DNA of 64,000 nucleotides from an uncultured Acidimicrobiaceae bacterium (GTDB taxonomy: Bacteria > Actinomycetota > Acidimicrobiia > Acidimicrobiales > RAAP-2). The notes under the pieces were generated by a model, which saw only the letters and a program-made list of their open reading frames with translations, had not been told where the DNA came from and ran no database searches. A program made the position numbers and the translations under genes. Each line of letters starts with the position of its first letter. Positions within the stretch are counted from its first letter, which is position 1. This document shows, one piece after another, positions 20,081-30,025 of the stretch. The stretch covers positions 553,422-617,421 of the forward strand of contig CAWAQF010000004.1 of assembly GCA_963784155.1 (NCBI GenBank). Reading direction: 5' to 3'.

Positions 20081-20293
20081 GTGAACCCGGGCGCCGACGA
20101 GGTGGTCGTGGACCGAGATGCCTGCATGGGTTCGGGGAACTGCGCGTTCTGGGCGCCGGGTGTCTTCGACCTGGACGACGAAGGGGTGGCGGTCGTGTGC
20201 GGCGACCCGGCGGGGCGCGAGGAGAGGTCCGGCGCGGCGATCATCAACTGCCCGACGAAGGCCATCTCGATCCGAAGGGTGGCCCCTCGATGA
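20081..20293 (+). CDS. single-cluster ferredoxin of the P450-partner type
   Basis: GTG at 20081 follows GAGGAGG. The ~70 aa product has CMGSGNC...CP (a CxxSxxC...CP pattern). The stop overlaps the next ATG. Confidence 0.75.
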   Translation: MNPGADEVVVDRDACMGSGNCAFWAPGVFDLDDEGVAVVCGDPAGREERSGAAIINCPTKAISIRRVAPR

Positions 20294-20784
20294 CATCGCA
20301 CGACGCCTCGCCGGCACCGCAGGAGACGAGAGTGGCAACGTACAACCACACCGGACAGGTGGTCACCGACCTGGAGCGTTCGAAGCGCTTCTACCAGGAG
20401 GTCCTCGGCTTCAGGCTCTGGTACGAGATCTCGCCGCCCGACGAGGCGACCGCCAAGCTCTGTTCGCTCGAGCCCCCGCTCGGGGTGACCGCCTGCTACC
20501 TGACCCTCGACGGATTCGTCCTCGAGTTGATGCACTATTCGGCACCGGGCGCGACGGCTCCGTTCCGCGTCCGCACCATGGCCGATCCGGGGCTCACTCA
20601 TCTCTCCATCTCGGTGGAGGACGTGCGGGAGTCCGCGAACAAGGCGGTCGAGTTCGGCGGGGCCATCGTCGAGGAGAGCGACATCGGAGTGGCGCTGTTC
20701 ATCCGCGATCCGGACGGGCAGTTGATCGAGCTGTTGCCGACCAGCTACCGCGACCATCTTCCGCCGAAGCCAACGAAGGGATGA
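20290..20784 (+). CDS. VOC (glyoxalase/bleomycin resistance/dioxygenase) family protein
   Basis: ATG at 20290 (ATGA overlap). VOC-like blocks are HTGQVVTDLERSKRFYQEVLGF and IRDPDGQLIEL. Confidence 0.75.
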   Translation: MTSHDASPAPQETRVATYNHTGQVVTDLERSKRFYQEVLGFRLWYEISPPDEATAKLCSLEPPLGVTACYLTLDGFVLELMHYSAPGATAPFRVRTMADPGLTHLSISVEDVRESANKAVEFGGAIVEESDIGVALFIRDPDGQLIELLPTSYRDHLPPKPTKG

Positions 20785-20787
20785 TCG

Positions 20788-22273
20788 ATGACCACCACAG
20801 CTGAGACCGTGGTCCCACTCCGGCACGCCGACCGGTTCTTCGTCGCCGGGGAGTGGGTGGCCCCTTCCTCCGCGGCCACCATCGACGTGATCGACTCGAG
20901 CACCGAGACGGTCTACTTCCAGGTGCCCGAGGCGCAGCCGGCCGACGTCGACCGCGCGGTCGCCGCCGCCCGTCGGGCCTTCGACGAGGGCCCCTGGCCC
21001 GGTCTCACCCATTCCGAGCGGGCCGAATACCTCCGCGGGCTCGCGGCAGGCCTGCGCGATCGGGCCGAGGACATCGGTCAGATCTGGCCCCGCGAGTCCG
21101 GTGCGCTCCAGGTCGTCGCGCGCTACGGGGCGGCCGGCATCGCCGGTGCCTTCGACGACTACGCCGATCTCGCCGAACGATTCCCCTTCGAGGAGCCTGC
21201 CAAGCCGTCGTCGGGCGAGTTCGGCCTCCTGGTCCGCGAGCCGGTGGGGGTGGTCGGCGCGATCATCCCGTGGAACGCACCGATCGGCCTGATCACCTAC
21301 AAGCTCGCTCCGGCCCTCCTCGCCGGCTGCACGGTCGTCCTCAAGTGCTCGCCCGAGGCGCCCGGCGACGCCTACGTCGTCGCCGAGATCGCCGAGGCGA
21401 TCGGTCTGCCCCCCGGGGTGCTCAACGTCGTGACCGCCGACCGGGAGGTCTCCGAGCTGCTTGGTACGCGATCCGCGCGTCGACAAGATCACCTTCACCG
21501 GATCGACCGCTGCCGGCCGGCGGATCGCCTCGATCTGCGGCGAACGGATCGCACGGTGCACCCTCGAACTCGGCGGGAAGTCCGCCGCGGTGATCCTCGA
21601 CGACATGGACCTCGCAGAGGCGGCCGCCACCCTCGCACGTGCCGAATGCATGCTCGCCGGGCAGGTGTGCTCGTCACTGACCCGCATCGTGGTCAGCCGT
21701 CCTCGCCACGACCAGCTGGTCGACGCGCTCGCCGGCACCTTCTCCGCCGTCCGCGTCGGCGACCCGTTCGACCCGGCAACCCAGATGGGACCGCTCGTCT
21801 CGGGCCGTCAGCGAGACCGGGTCGAGGGCTACATCGCCAAGGGGAAGGAACAGGGAGCCACATTGGTCACCGGTGGTGGACGGCCGAAGGGTCTCGATCG
21901 GGGTTACTACGTCGAGCCCACGGTCTTCGCCAATGTGGACAACTCGTCGGTGATCGCGCAGGAGGAGATCTTCGGCCCGGTGCTCTCGGTCATCCCTGCC
22001 GACGACGAGGACGATGCGGTGGCGATCGCCAACGACACCATCTACGGGCTCAACGCCTCGGTGTTCACCCACGACGTGGACCGGGCTCGGGCGGTGGCCC
22101 GCCGGCTCCGCACCGGCACCGTCGGTCACAATGCGTTCCGCACCGACTTCGGCATCGCCTTCGGGGGCTTCAAGCAGTCCGGCATCGGGCGCGAGGGGGG
22201 CGTCGAAGGCCTCCTTCCCTTCCTCGAGACGAAGACGGTGGTGCTCGAGGGCGTGCCGGCCGAGTACCGCTGA
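20788..22273 (+). pseudogene. aldehyde dehydrogenase family protein with one +1 frameshift
   Basis: The N-terminal half is in ORF 20788.. (IIPWNAP, VLKCSPE). The C-terminal half is in ORF 21461..22273 (FTGSTAAG, ELGGKS, EEIFGPV). At the junction near 21461, ELL|VRDPRVDKITFTGS is restored by removing one T. Confidence 0.85.
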
Positions 22274-22325
22274 GCCGCGGTCCCGACGCGGCCTCACACA
22301 TTCGGTGATCGGAAAGGACGGAGGG

Positions 22326-23088
22326 GTGACGGACGCACCTCGACTCGAACTGAGCGAGCTGGCGATCTCGGGCTCGACCGCGGTGCTGACCTTGACCGGC
22401 GACAAGGTTCACTCACTCGGCAAAGCGGCACTGGACGAGATCGTCGCCGTTGTCGACCACTGCGAGAAGGATCCGGATGTCTCCGCGCTCGTGCTCACCG
22501 GCCAGGGCGAGATCTTCTCGGCGGGTCTGAACGTCAACGAGGTCCTCACCGACTCCGCGGACTCGGTCCTCGACGCCTTCCAGGCCGCCCTCCTCCGGAT
22601 CTTCGAGTGCCCGCTGCCGACGGTCGCCGCGGTCAACGGGGCGGCGATCGCCGGGGGTTGTCTTCTCGCCTGCGCGTGCGACCGCCGGCTGCTCGCGGAC
22701 GAGGCGCGGATCGGGGTGACCGAACTCCGTGTCGGCGTCGCATTTCCGGTCCTGGCGGTCGACCTGATGCGCCATGTCTGTGGACATCGCGCCGAGGAGG
22801 TGATCTTCGGCTCGGCGCTCCTCGGCGCGGAGGAGGCCTGCGCGGTGGGGCTGATCGCACCGGTACGTCCCGCGCGGGGAGCTCCAGGCGGTCGCAGTCG
22901 CCGACGCGGAGCAGCTTGCCTCCCTCGATCCGCGTGCGTATGCGCTCGCCAAGGCGACGGTTCGTCGGGAGATGCTCGCATCCGCTCGGGACGACCGTGC
23001 CCGAACGCTCGATCGAGAGGTCCGCGCCCACTGGCAGGACGACACGACGAGGGCGAACCTCGAACAACTCGTCGCGCCGAAGCGATGA
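22326..23088 (+). pseudogene. enoyl-CoA hydratase/isomerase family protein with one +1 frameshift
   Basis: GTG at 22326. Motifs are FSAGLNV and AAVNGAAIAGG. After about 22856 the frame must shift by +1 to read GLIDRYVPRGELQAVAVADAEQLASLDPRAYALAK and reach TGA at 23086-23088. Confidence 0.75.
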
Positions 23089-23101
23089 CGGGGTCGACGG
23101 C

Positions 23102-24135
23102 ATGGACCTGAACCCGACCGAGGAACAACAACAGCTGATCGACACCTTCGGGGCCTTCTACGCCAAGGAATGTCCGGTCGAGCGGGTGCGGGGAGCCGAA
23201 CCGTCCGGCCACGACCCCGAGCTGTGGACGCGGCTCCGCGAAGTGGGCGCCTTGGACATGGCAGTCGACGAGGCGTCCGGGGGTTGGGGTGCCTCGTTGC
23301 TCGACCTCGCGCTGGTGGCCGAGCAGCACGGCCGTCACCTCGGGCCCGCACCGCTGATCGAGGCGCAGGTCGCAGCCCGCCTGCTCGCTCGCGTCGGTGG
23401 TCCGGCGGCAACCGACGCGCTCGGCCGGGCCATGGGAGAAGGGCGGCTGATCACCGTTCGCGCTCCATCCGCCGAGAGACGGACTTCTCGCCATGGTGCG
23501 CCGCCGGAGCCGTCGCCGACGAAGTCGTCTTCCTCGACCGCGATCGGTTGCGGTGCATGACCCTCCCCGAAAGCGGGGGACAGGTCCGGAACATCGCCTC
23601 GATGCCGGTTGCCGACCTGCCGGTCGATCCGACCGCTGTCGAGCTGGCGGCGGGGGCGCGGGCTGACCGCCTGCTTCGAACGGGCACGGGACGAGTGGCT
23701 GGCCCTGACGGCCAACGCGCTGGTCGGGATCGGCGCCCGTGCACTGGAGCTGGGTGTTGCGTACGCCAAGGATCGGCATGCGTTCGGCGTGCCGATCGGC
23801 TCGTTCCAGGCGGTCGCGCACGGCCTGGCCGATGCGGCGACCGCCGTCGACGGTGGCACCCTGCTCGCCCGCGAGGCCGCCTGGTCGGCCGACGAGGACC
23901 CGAACGTGCGACCGAGCTGGCGTGCTTCGCCTGCCGCGTTCTGCGCACAGACGGCCCGCGCCAGGCGAGCTCCCGCAGCCTCCACTATCACGGCGGCTAC
24001 GGCTTCATGCTCGAGTTCGACGTGCAGCTGTACTTCCGGAGGGCGACCGGCTGGCCTGCGGTGTTCGGCGAGCCCTCCTCGATCTACGCGCGTGGAGAGG
24101 CGGACCGGCTGTCGCCCACGAGAAGGGGTCGCTGA
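23102..24135 (+). pseudogene. acyl-CoA dehydrogenase family protein (non-catalytic partner-type subunit), at least 5 frame switches
   Basis: Recognisable ACAD segments are spread over all three frames. They are MDLNPTEEQQQLIDTFG..., FALHPPRDGLLAMV, AGAVADEVVFLDRDRL, ERARDEWLALTANALVGIGARALELGVAYAKDRHAFGVPIGSFQAV and SLHYHGGYGFMLEFDVQLYFRRA. Junctions are near 23457, 23493, 23650 and 23905. Confidence 0.7.
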
Positions 24136-24138
24136 CGG

Positions 24139-25306
24139 ATGGACTTCCGGTTGGGTGAACGCAGCGACGCCTTCCGCGACGAAGCCTGGCGGTTCCTCGA
24201 CGAGCACCTCACCGAAGAGGTGCGCGAGGGGATCCACACCACCGGCGTGTACCACGACCGCGACTTCCACCGGGCCCGGGCCGAGCACGGTCTCCTCGCC
24301 CCCGGATGGCCGAAGGAGTTCGGCGGCCAGGGCCGCGACCCGATCGAGGTTCTGGCCTTCGGGGAGGCGTTCCAGAACGCGGGGGCGCCCACCTATGCGG
24401 TGGGGACCACCCTCATGGTCGCCAACATCATCCGCCACGTGGGGAACGAGTCACAGAAGCAGGAGATCCTTCCCCGGGCGCTCTCCGGGGAGATCCTCAT
24501 CGTGCTCGGCTTCACCGAGCCCGAGTCGGGCTCCGACGTGGCCGCCGCACAGACCCGCGCCGTGCGGGACGGGGACGAGTGGGTGATCAACGGGCAGAAG
24601 ATGTTCACCACCAACGCGCAGGAGGCGCGACTACGTGTTCCTGCTCACCCGTACCAATCCCGACGTGCCGAAGCACAAGGGTCTGACCACCTTCCTCGTG
24701 CCGTTGCGCCAGCCCGGCGTCGAGATCCAGCCGGTGTACACCGTGTCCGGCGAGCGGACCAACCTGACCTTCTACACCGACGTCCACGTCGACGACTCGC
24801 TGCGGATCGGGGAGGTCGACGGAGGCTGGGACGTGATGACCGTCAGCCTCACCTTCGAGCGATCCGGACCGCAGGGAGGCCACTCGGTCCGGCTGCTCCA
24901 CGCCATGGAATCGTGGGCCGCCTCCTCGGCCGACGGGGAGGGACGTCCGCGATCGGAGGACCCCGACGTACTGGGGAGGCTCGGCCGGGCCGCCGCCGAG
25001 ACGGAGATCGCGGTCCTACTGGCCCGCCGCTGCGCGTGGATCGAGCACTCGGGAGGTCTCCCCGGTGTCGAGGGGTCGATGGCCAAGCTCTTCGCGTCGG
25101 AGGCGCTGACAAGGCAGGCCGCCGACTTCGTCGACCTGCTCGGCCCCGACGGGGTTCGGAGCGCCGACGACGCGAACTCGATCGAGGGCGGGCTCGCCGA
25201 GTACTTCCACCGCTTCGCGCTCGGGACGACGATCTACGGGGGCACGAGCGAGGTCCAGCGCAACGTCATCGCGCAGCGAGGCCTCGGTCTGCCCCGCTCT
25301 TCCTGA
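24139..25306 (+). pseudogene. acyl-CoA dehydrogenase with one +1 frameshift
   Basis: The N-terminal part has GFTEPESGSDVAAAQT and WVINGQKMFTTNA. The C-terminal part is ORF 24635..25306 (IYGGTSEVQRNVIA). The junction near 24630 restores NAQEADYVFLLTRT. Confidence 0.85.
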
Positions 25307-25437
25307 CCGCGGGCGTGCACCGTCGGTCGCTCGGCCCCTACCACCACTCGGCCCCGCCGTGGAGGACATCGTCGGAGCGGTCTCGAGCAACGCGAGCGGC
25401 TGAGGGAGTGGCCGCCCGAGGTCGGTGGTCGGGGCCG

Positions 25438-25878
25438 TTACCGCCTTTCGATCTTCGCAGCGAGCTCGTCGAAGAGGTCGGCGAGATCCTTGAGCCCCCC
25501 TTGGGTGTGGACATTGAGCCGATCGAGGATCTGCACGGTGTCGTCGTACGTGTGCTGCGACCGGACGTCGCTCGCCTGACTCTGCACGTTCTGGCCGACC
25601 ATGATCACGGACAACAGGACCAGCTGGAGGAACGTCTGTGCGATCCACGCGATGATGCCCTCGCCCCCCGGCTTCAGCGCCGGCGGCAATCCGACGAGCG
25701 CGAGCGCAGCGAACGCGTAGGCGCACCACATCGATCCGACAATGTTCGTGAGGAAGACGGCGATCTTCGCATTGACTCCGTTGGCTCTGCTGACTTCGCT
25801 CTGCAATCCACGGATGCTGATCGCCTGACTGATGAGGTGGTGCGCCTTGACGGGCTGCGGAATCTGGGTGTCGGCCAT
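25438..25878 (-). CDS. small integral membrane protein (DUF1003-like / low-affinity iron permease-like; family uncertain)
   Basis: 146 aa with two hydrophobic helices (VFLTNIVGSMWCAYAFAALALVGL and FLQLVLLSVIMVGQNVQ) followed by a charged helical tail. Confidence 0.6.
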   Translation of the reverse strand: MADTQIPQPVKAHHLISQAISIRGLQSEVSRANGVNAKIAVFLTNIVGSMWCAYAFAALALVGLPPALKPGGEGIIAWIAQTFLQLVLLSVIMVGQNVQSQASDVRSQHTYDDTVQILDRLNVHTQGGLKDLADLFDELAAKIERR

Positions 25879-26017
25879 CGGATCTCCTTGTCGGGTCGCC
25901 GTCGATCACTGCACTCTCCGCACCGTAGGTGCTCTCCGGCTGATCCCCTCGGATCCGCCGACAACCGGAGGCGCCGGTCAGGGAGTCGCTGCCCAGGGCC
26001 CCGGAAAGGGCTGGTGC

Positions 26018-26458
26018 TCAGCGAGCCGGGGTGACCGACCGCACAGGTTGGCAGGACCTAAGAGAACCGAGTAATTCGCTCTTGACCTCGTGAAGTGGCC
26101 CTCGTCCGCGACGCGGAATCCGGGGGTTGTCAGCATTCGTGGGTCGCTCGGTTACCCGCCACGGCCACACGATCGGAGTAGCCGGGGTGGCGGGCGACGT
26201 GTCGTGAGCGAGGGTTGGTGAAGCTGTCGGTCGCCCCTCCATCTCAGGAGCAGACCCGGTGGGTCCGAGTCGTGGAGGGGGAGGCTGTTTGGGTGGGATC
26301 ACCGTCCCCCAACGGCACATGGAGAGCACGCGGTAGCGGCGATCAAGGGACCTCGTCAGTCGAGCAAGTGTCGACTTTCCCGAGGCTGGGAGCCCGCAGA
26401 TCAGCACGAGTCGAGTCCGGGGTCCAGCGACCAGATCGTCAGTCCGGTCTGAGGTCAC
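26018..26458 (-). pseudogene. remnant of a P-loop kinase/AAA-type ATPase gene
   Basis: Only the first ~45 aa look protein-like (RLVLICGLPASGKSTLARL, a Walker A motif). The remainder is Pro/Arg-rich and looks like out-of-frame text. Confidence 0.35.
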
Positions 26459-26658
26459 GGAGCAAGGCTACGGGACTCTGAGCGGCCTGCCCCCGAACGC
26501 GGGATGGGTGGTCCACTTCGGCACGGCGGGGCAGTCAACGCTCACTCGCTGCACACCGATAGCGGGCAATTCTGGCGGCCGCCCGGCTGGCCCAAACGTT
26601 TCAGAGTGCTCTTCACGCACCGGTCACATGCTGAGCGATTCGTCGTGTCATTTCATCG

Positions 26659-26687
26659 TTGATTTGTTCCCCGTCCCTGCTGACAAT
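26659..26687 (+). promoter_or_regulatory. candidate promoter (TTGATT-17 nt-GACAAT) for the Hcp-fusion gene
   Basis: Sigma70-like hexamers with 17 nt spacing lie ~70 nt upstream of ATG 26760. The direct repeat CCCGTCCCTG occurs at 26670 and 26711. Confidence 0.3.
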
Positions 26688-26759
26688 TGGCGAGTCCATC
26701 GTTTGCGACGACAAGGCAACCCGTCCCTGAGTCGCCAACGAATCGAAAAGGAGCGACCA

Positions 26760-27593
26760 ATGAAGATCAGGAAACAGGCGACACTGCTGGTCATCGCGGT
26801 GGTGGCGACTGCCGTAGTGGCGGTGGGAGTAACGGCGGCGGTCACCGCTGGCGCGAGCACTGGCGGTACGACCTACTACGCGTGCATCAGATCAGGGAAG
26901 CTGGTCGATGTGGGCGTGGCAGCGCCGTCATGCCCGGGTGGAGCGAGCCAAATTTCTTGGAACTCGCAGGGTTCTGCGGGTCCGACCGGTCCCCAGGGGC
27001 CGGTCGGTCAGGCGAGCGTGGTCAACGCGCCGGCCGCGTCCGATTTCGCCGCAGCCTGTCCGCAGCCGCCCCCGCCCACCAGCGATGGGGGGACGCCGTC
27101 GCCATCCGGAGTACATGCGTTTCTGAACATTCCGGGCATACCAGGTGAGTCGACCGATTCAACCCATACAGGTCAGATTGATGTGCTGTCGTGGTCGTTC
27201 GGGATGGCCGGTCCGACGAACGGTCAAGGATGTGTGGCCAGTCATTCGTCGACAGGGCAAGGAGGAGTGAGCGGTCAGCAGCTGTCGATCGTCAAGAATG
27301 TCGACAAGGCATCGCCGATGCTCATGGTCTCGTCGGGCGACGGTGGCCACATCTCGAGCATGACCCTCAGTCTGCACAAGGGCACCTCCTCGGCGGATTA
27401 CCTCGTCTTCACCTTCAGCAACGTAGCCGTTACCAGTGTTCAGTGGGCACACGACGGCAGCGGTGGTCCGCAGGAGGAAGCGACCTTCGAGTATGGCCAC
27501 CTGAGTGTCAGCTACGCGCCGCAGAACCCAGACGGGACGCTCGGGTCGCGGGTCCTCGGCTGCTTCGACATCGATCTTCAGCAGTCCTGCTAG
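26760..27593 (+). CDS. secreted fusion protein: signal peptide + conserved 2-Cys module + short collagen-like G-X-Y run + Pro-rich linker + C-terminal Hcp (T6SS tube protein, PF05638-like) domain
   Basis: ATG at 26760 lies 7 nt after AAGGAG. The signal peptide is MKIRKQATLLVIAVVATAVVAVGVTAAVTAGA|S. The 2-Cys module is TTYYACIRSGKLVDVG..C..ISWNSQG (26868-26969), followed by GSAGPTGPQGPVGQA (26970-27014). Residues ~118-277 (27111-27590) align motif-by-motif with canonical Hcp: FLNIPGIPGESTDSTHTGQIDVLSWSFGM, VKNVDKASPMLMVSSGDGGH, DYLVFTFSNVAVTSV and EEATFEYGHLSVSYAPQNPDG. Confidence 0.8.
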   Translation: MKIRKQATLLVIAVVATAVVAVGVTAAVTAGASTGGTTYYACIRSGKLVDVGVAAPSCPGGASQISWNSQGSAGPTGPQGPVGQASVVNAPAASDFAAACPQPPPPTSDGGTPSPSGVHAFLNIPGIPGESTDSTHTGQIDVLSWSFGMAGPTNGQGCVASHSSTGQGGVSGQQLSIVKNVDKASPMLMVSSGDGGHISSMTLSLHKGTSSADYLVFTFSNVAVTSVQWAHDGSGGPQEEATFEYGHLSVSYAPQNPDGTLGSRVLGCFDIDLQQSC

Positions 27594-27622
27594 GCAGTCG
27601 TCGTTTCCGACGGAGCATCGAC

Positions 27623-27670
27623 AGCTGCGCGGAGTGTCCCACCGACAGGCGTGGGCCACTCCGCGCAGCT
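27623..27670. terminator. large perfect hairpin (14 bp stem AGCTGCGCGGAGTG / CACTCCGCGCAGCT, 20 nt loop holding a second 5 bp stem), probable bidirectional terminator
   Basis: Lies 30 nt downstream of the Hcp-fusion stop, between convergent genes. No U-tract is present, as is common in high-GC actinobacteria. Confidence 0.55.
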
Positions 27671-27844
27671 CCGGCTCCACACAGCCCCTTGATACTGAGA
27701 ACTGACGTGCACCCTCCACTGAACTCACGGTCCGGTCAACGGTGAGGCACGAGTAAGTCTCTCGGTATGGCGATCAAGAGGTGTCGGCGACTGAGGGAGC
27801 GAGACTGCCCCGTGATGCAGGGTGGATCGGGCAGTACTCCAGTG

Positions 27845-28273
27845 CTACGAGCCGGCGAGATAACCACGCTCGACGTACGGGAAGTCCGCCATCTCGCTGT
27901 CGGCGATGCCATCGTCGAAGTACGCACGCACTTCGACGATCTTTCCTTCGCGCATGACGTACCACTCGGTTCCCCGCGACATGACCCATTGAGCGGTGCC
28001 GGGAGGCCGCCAACGGCAGCTCCACTCGCTCACGACCACGTCTCCGGAGGCGATGATCTGGTCAATCCCCCAGGTTGGGTCGAGTGTCCGCTTGAACGAC
28101 CGCCAAAACCGCGCGAGGTGCTCAGAGCCCCGGATCGTGTCATAGCTCTGGGGAAGGAAGTAGTGGACGACGTCATCGGCAAGCGTTGGGGATGAGTCGT
28201 CCAGTTCGCCGTTCTTGCATCTGTCGAAGTAGCGCCGCACGACCTCGACGTTGTGCTCCTCGACGGCCTCCAT
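27845..28273 (-). CDS. nuclear transport factor 2 / SnoaL-like family protein
   Basis: ATG at 28273 follows GGAGGTGAAGGC. The 142 aa product begins MEAVEEHNVEVVRRYFD and contains ASGDVVVSEWS, typical of a SnoaL-like polyketide cyclase fold. Confidence 0.7.
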   Translation of the reverse strand: MEAVEEHNVEVVRRYFDRCKNGELDDSSPTLADDVVHYFLPQSYDTIRGSEHLARFWRSFKRTLDPTWGIDQIIASGDVVVSEWSCRWRPPGTAQWVMSRGTEWYVMREGKIVEVRAYFDDGIADSEMADFPYVERGYLAGS

Positions 28274-28557
28274 GCCTTCACCTCCGACGGTTGGAGCCTG
28301 GCGCCGGAGATGGTACTCGTGCTCCTGAACGCAGGTCGGCGTCACCGACCGGCACTCCGGGCAACCCTTGCTCGAGTTGAGCTCGGGCATCCGACAGCTC
28401 CGCTGGGAACAATCCCAGGAAGTTCAGGGCGACCGAGGTCGAGCCTCTCGACGCACTCCGGATGCCACTGACTTGATGGCGGTTCCTCACGGAGGTTCTG
28501 GGCACAATGCTCCCGCAACATCGCCCTTCCTCACGCCGGTGATCGACCCCGAAGGGC

Positions 28558-30025
28558 TCAATCACTTCGCGGTGCGGGACCGATGGTGGCGGCAACACGT
28601 TGGCCCGAGCGGATGGCGCTCTCCATATAGCCGGCCAGTGTCTCGGTGTGTTCACCAGCGAACCAGATCGGTCCGTAGGGTTCCCGTAGCAGAGGCCAGA
28701 ACCGGGTCATCTGTCCCGGGGCGTAGACGGCATACCCGCCGCGGGTGTAGGGCTCGTTCGCCCACGCCATGGTCGTGGCGATGGTCGACTTGCCGGCCCT
28801 CCCTTCGGGGTAGACGAGGTCGAGTTGTTGTTGGAACGACTCGATCCGGGCTTGATCACCAAGGGCCGCCCCCTGCTGGGCAGCAGAGCCGGTGACGAAC
28901 TGGGTCAAGACACCAGCGCTGTCGGCGCTCCCAAGGATCGAGTCGGTGGCGTCCCAGCCGACCCCGAAGGGCTGGTCGGTAATGGTGAACCCCGACAGTC
29001 CCTCGGACAGCCAGAAACGTTCGTCGTACTGGGTGGACACCTTGAGGGCGTGCCCGAGATCGAGCTCGGCGATCATGGAGCTGAGACCGGCCGACAGCGG
29101 TGGGTCGAATGTGACGTTCCGGAGCACTGGCGGGGGAACGGCGAGTACTAGCTTCGCCGCGTCGACAGTGCCATTCGCACCCGCTCCCGATCGGAAGTGG
29201 ACGCGCACACCCCAGGGTTGCTGTTCAACCCTGGTCACCGGTGAGTCGAGCCTTACGGACGATCCGAGGTCGTGTGCCATGGCCTCGGGCAACGCGCTGT
29301 TGCCGTTCGCGATCCGCATGGTCTCTACACCGGATTCCGGCAGCGCCTCGTCGACCACCGATTGTTGCAGGACAAAGAGAAGCGATACCTGATCGAGCTC
29401 GGCGTTGTAGTTCCCGCGGTACTCCGACTGGACGAGCAACATCGCATTGGGATCGAGCGTCTGGGTTGCGGCGAAGCCAGCGAGGCTCTGCTGGTCCCAC
29501 TCCTCGGCCTTGCCTGCCCGCTCAGGATGGGCCGGGTCGAGGTCGCCGGCCATGGTGATCAAGGCGTTGCCAAAGGCCAAATATCCGGACAGTGCTTCCG
29601 GATCGGCGTTGCCGACTGCGGACAGAACGCTGCGTCGACCCGCCCGGTAGAACGCGGCCGTCTCGAGCTTGTCGGCGGGTCGACGGGACAGAGCAAGGTT
29701 GTAATGGCGGGAAAGCGCCTGGATATGACCGTGATTGTCGTCGATCGACTCACCACCGGCCTCGACGTGGAGGTTGTCGGTGAACGGCTCATGGACAGTG
29801 TGAACGCGGCCTCCCACCCGGCCGCGCGCCCTCCAGCACAACGACGTCCCAGTGTGCGTTCCGGAGGGCCACGGCCGCCGAGAGCCCGGCCAACCCGCCG
29901 CCGACGATGGCGACCCGGTGCCTCGTCGGGACGTCGGGGCGTGCCTGAGTGCTACAGCCCGAGAGCGCGGGGATCGTCGCCGCCAGGCCTGCGGCGTTCA
30001 AGAACTGGCGTCTCGTCGGCGTCAC
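28558..30025 (-). pseudogene. flavin-dependent amine oxidase with Tat signal and lipobox; one +1 frameshift
   Basis: The N-terminal ORF 29789..30025 has TRRQFL (twin-arginine), LSGC (lipobox) and VAIVGGGLAGLSAA (FAD fold). The body is ORF 28558..29841 (amine-oxidase blocks, FAGEHT). The junction near 29833 restores VVLEARGRVGGRVHTV. Confidence 0.8.

Noticed and set aside
26508-26759. An N-terminal 84 aa extension of the Hcp-fusion ORF, taking the listed ORF start at 26508
   Set aside because: The extension has no RBS and no protein-like features. A strong AAGGAG plus ATG at 26760 begins a textbook signal peptide.
26760-27593. Calling the locus a type VI secretion system
   Set aside because: Only an Hcp-like domain is present. 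No sheath, baseplate, VgrG/PAAR, membrane complex or ClpV gene occurs anywhere in the window, and the protein has a Sec signal. It is reported as an orphan domain fusion, not as a T6SS.
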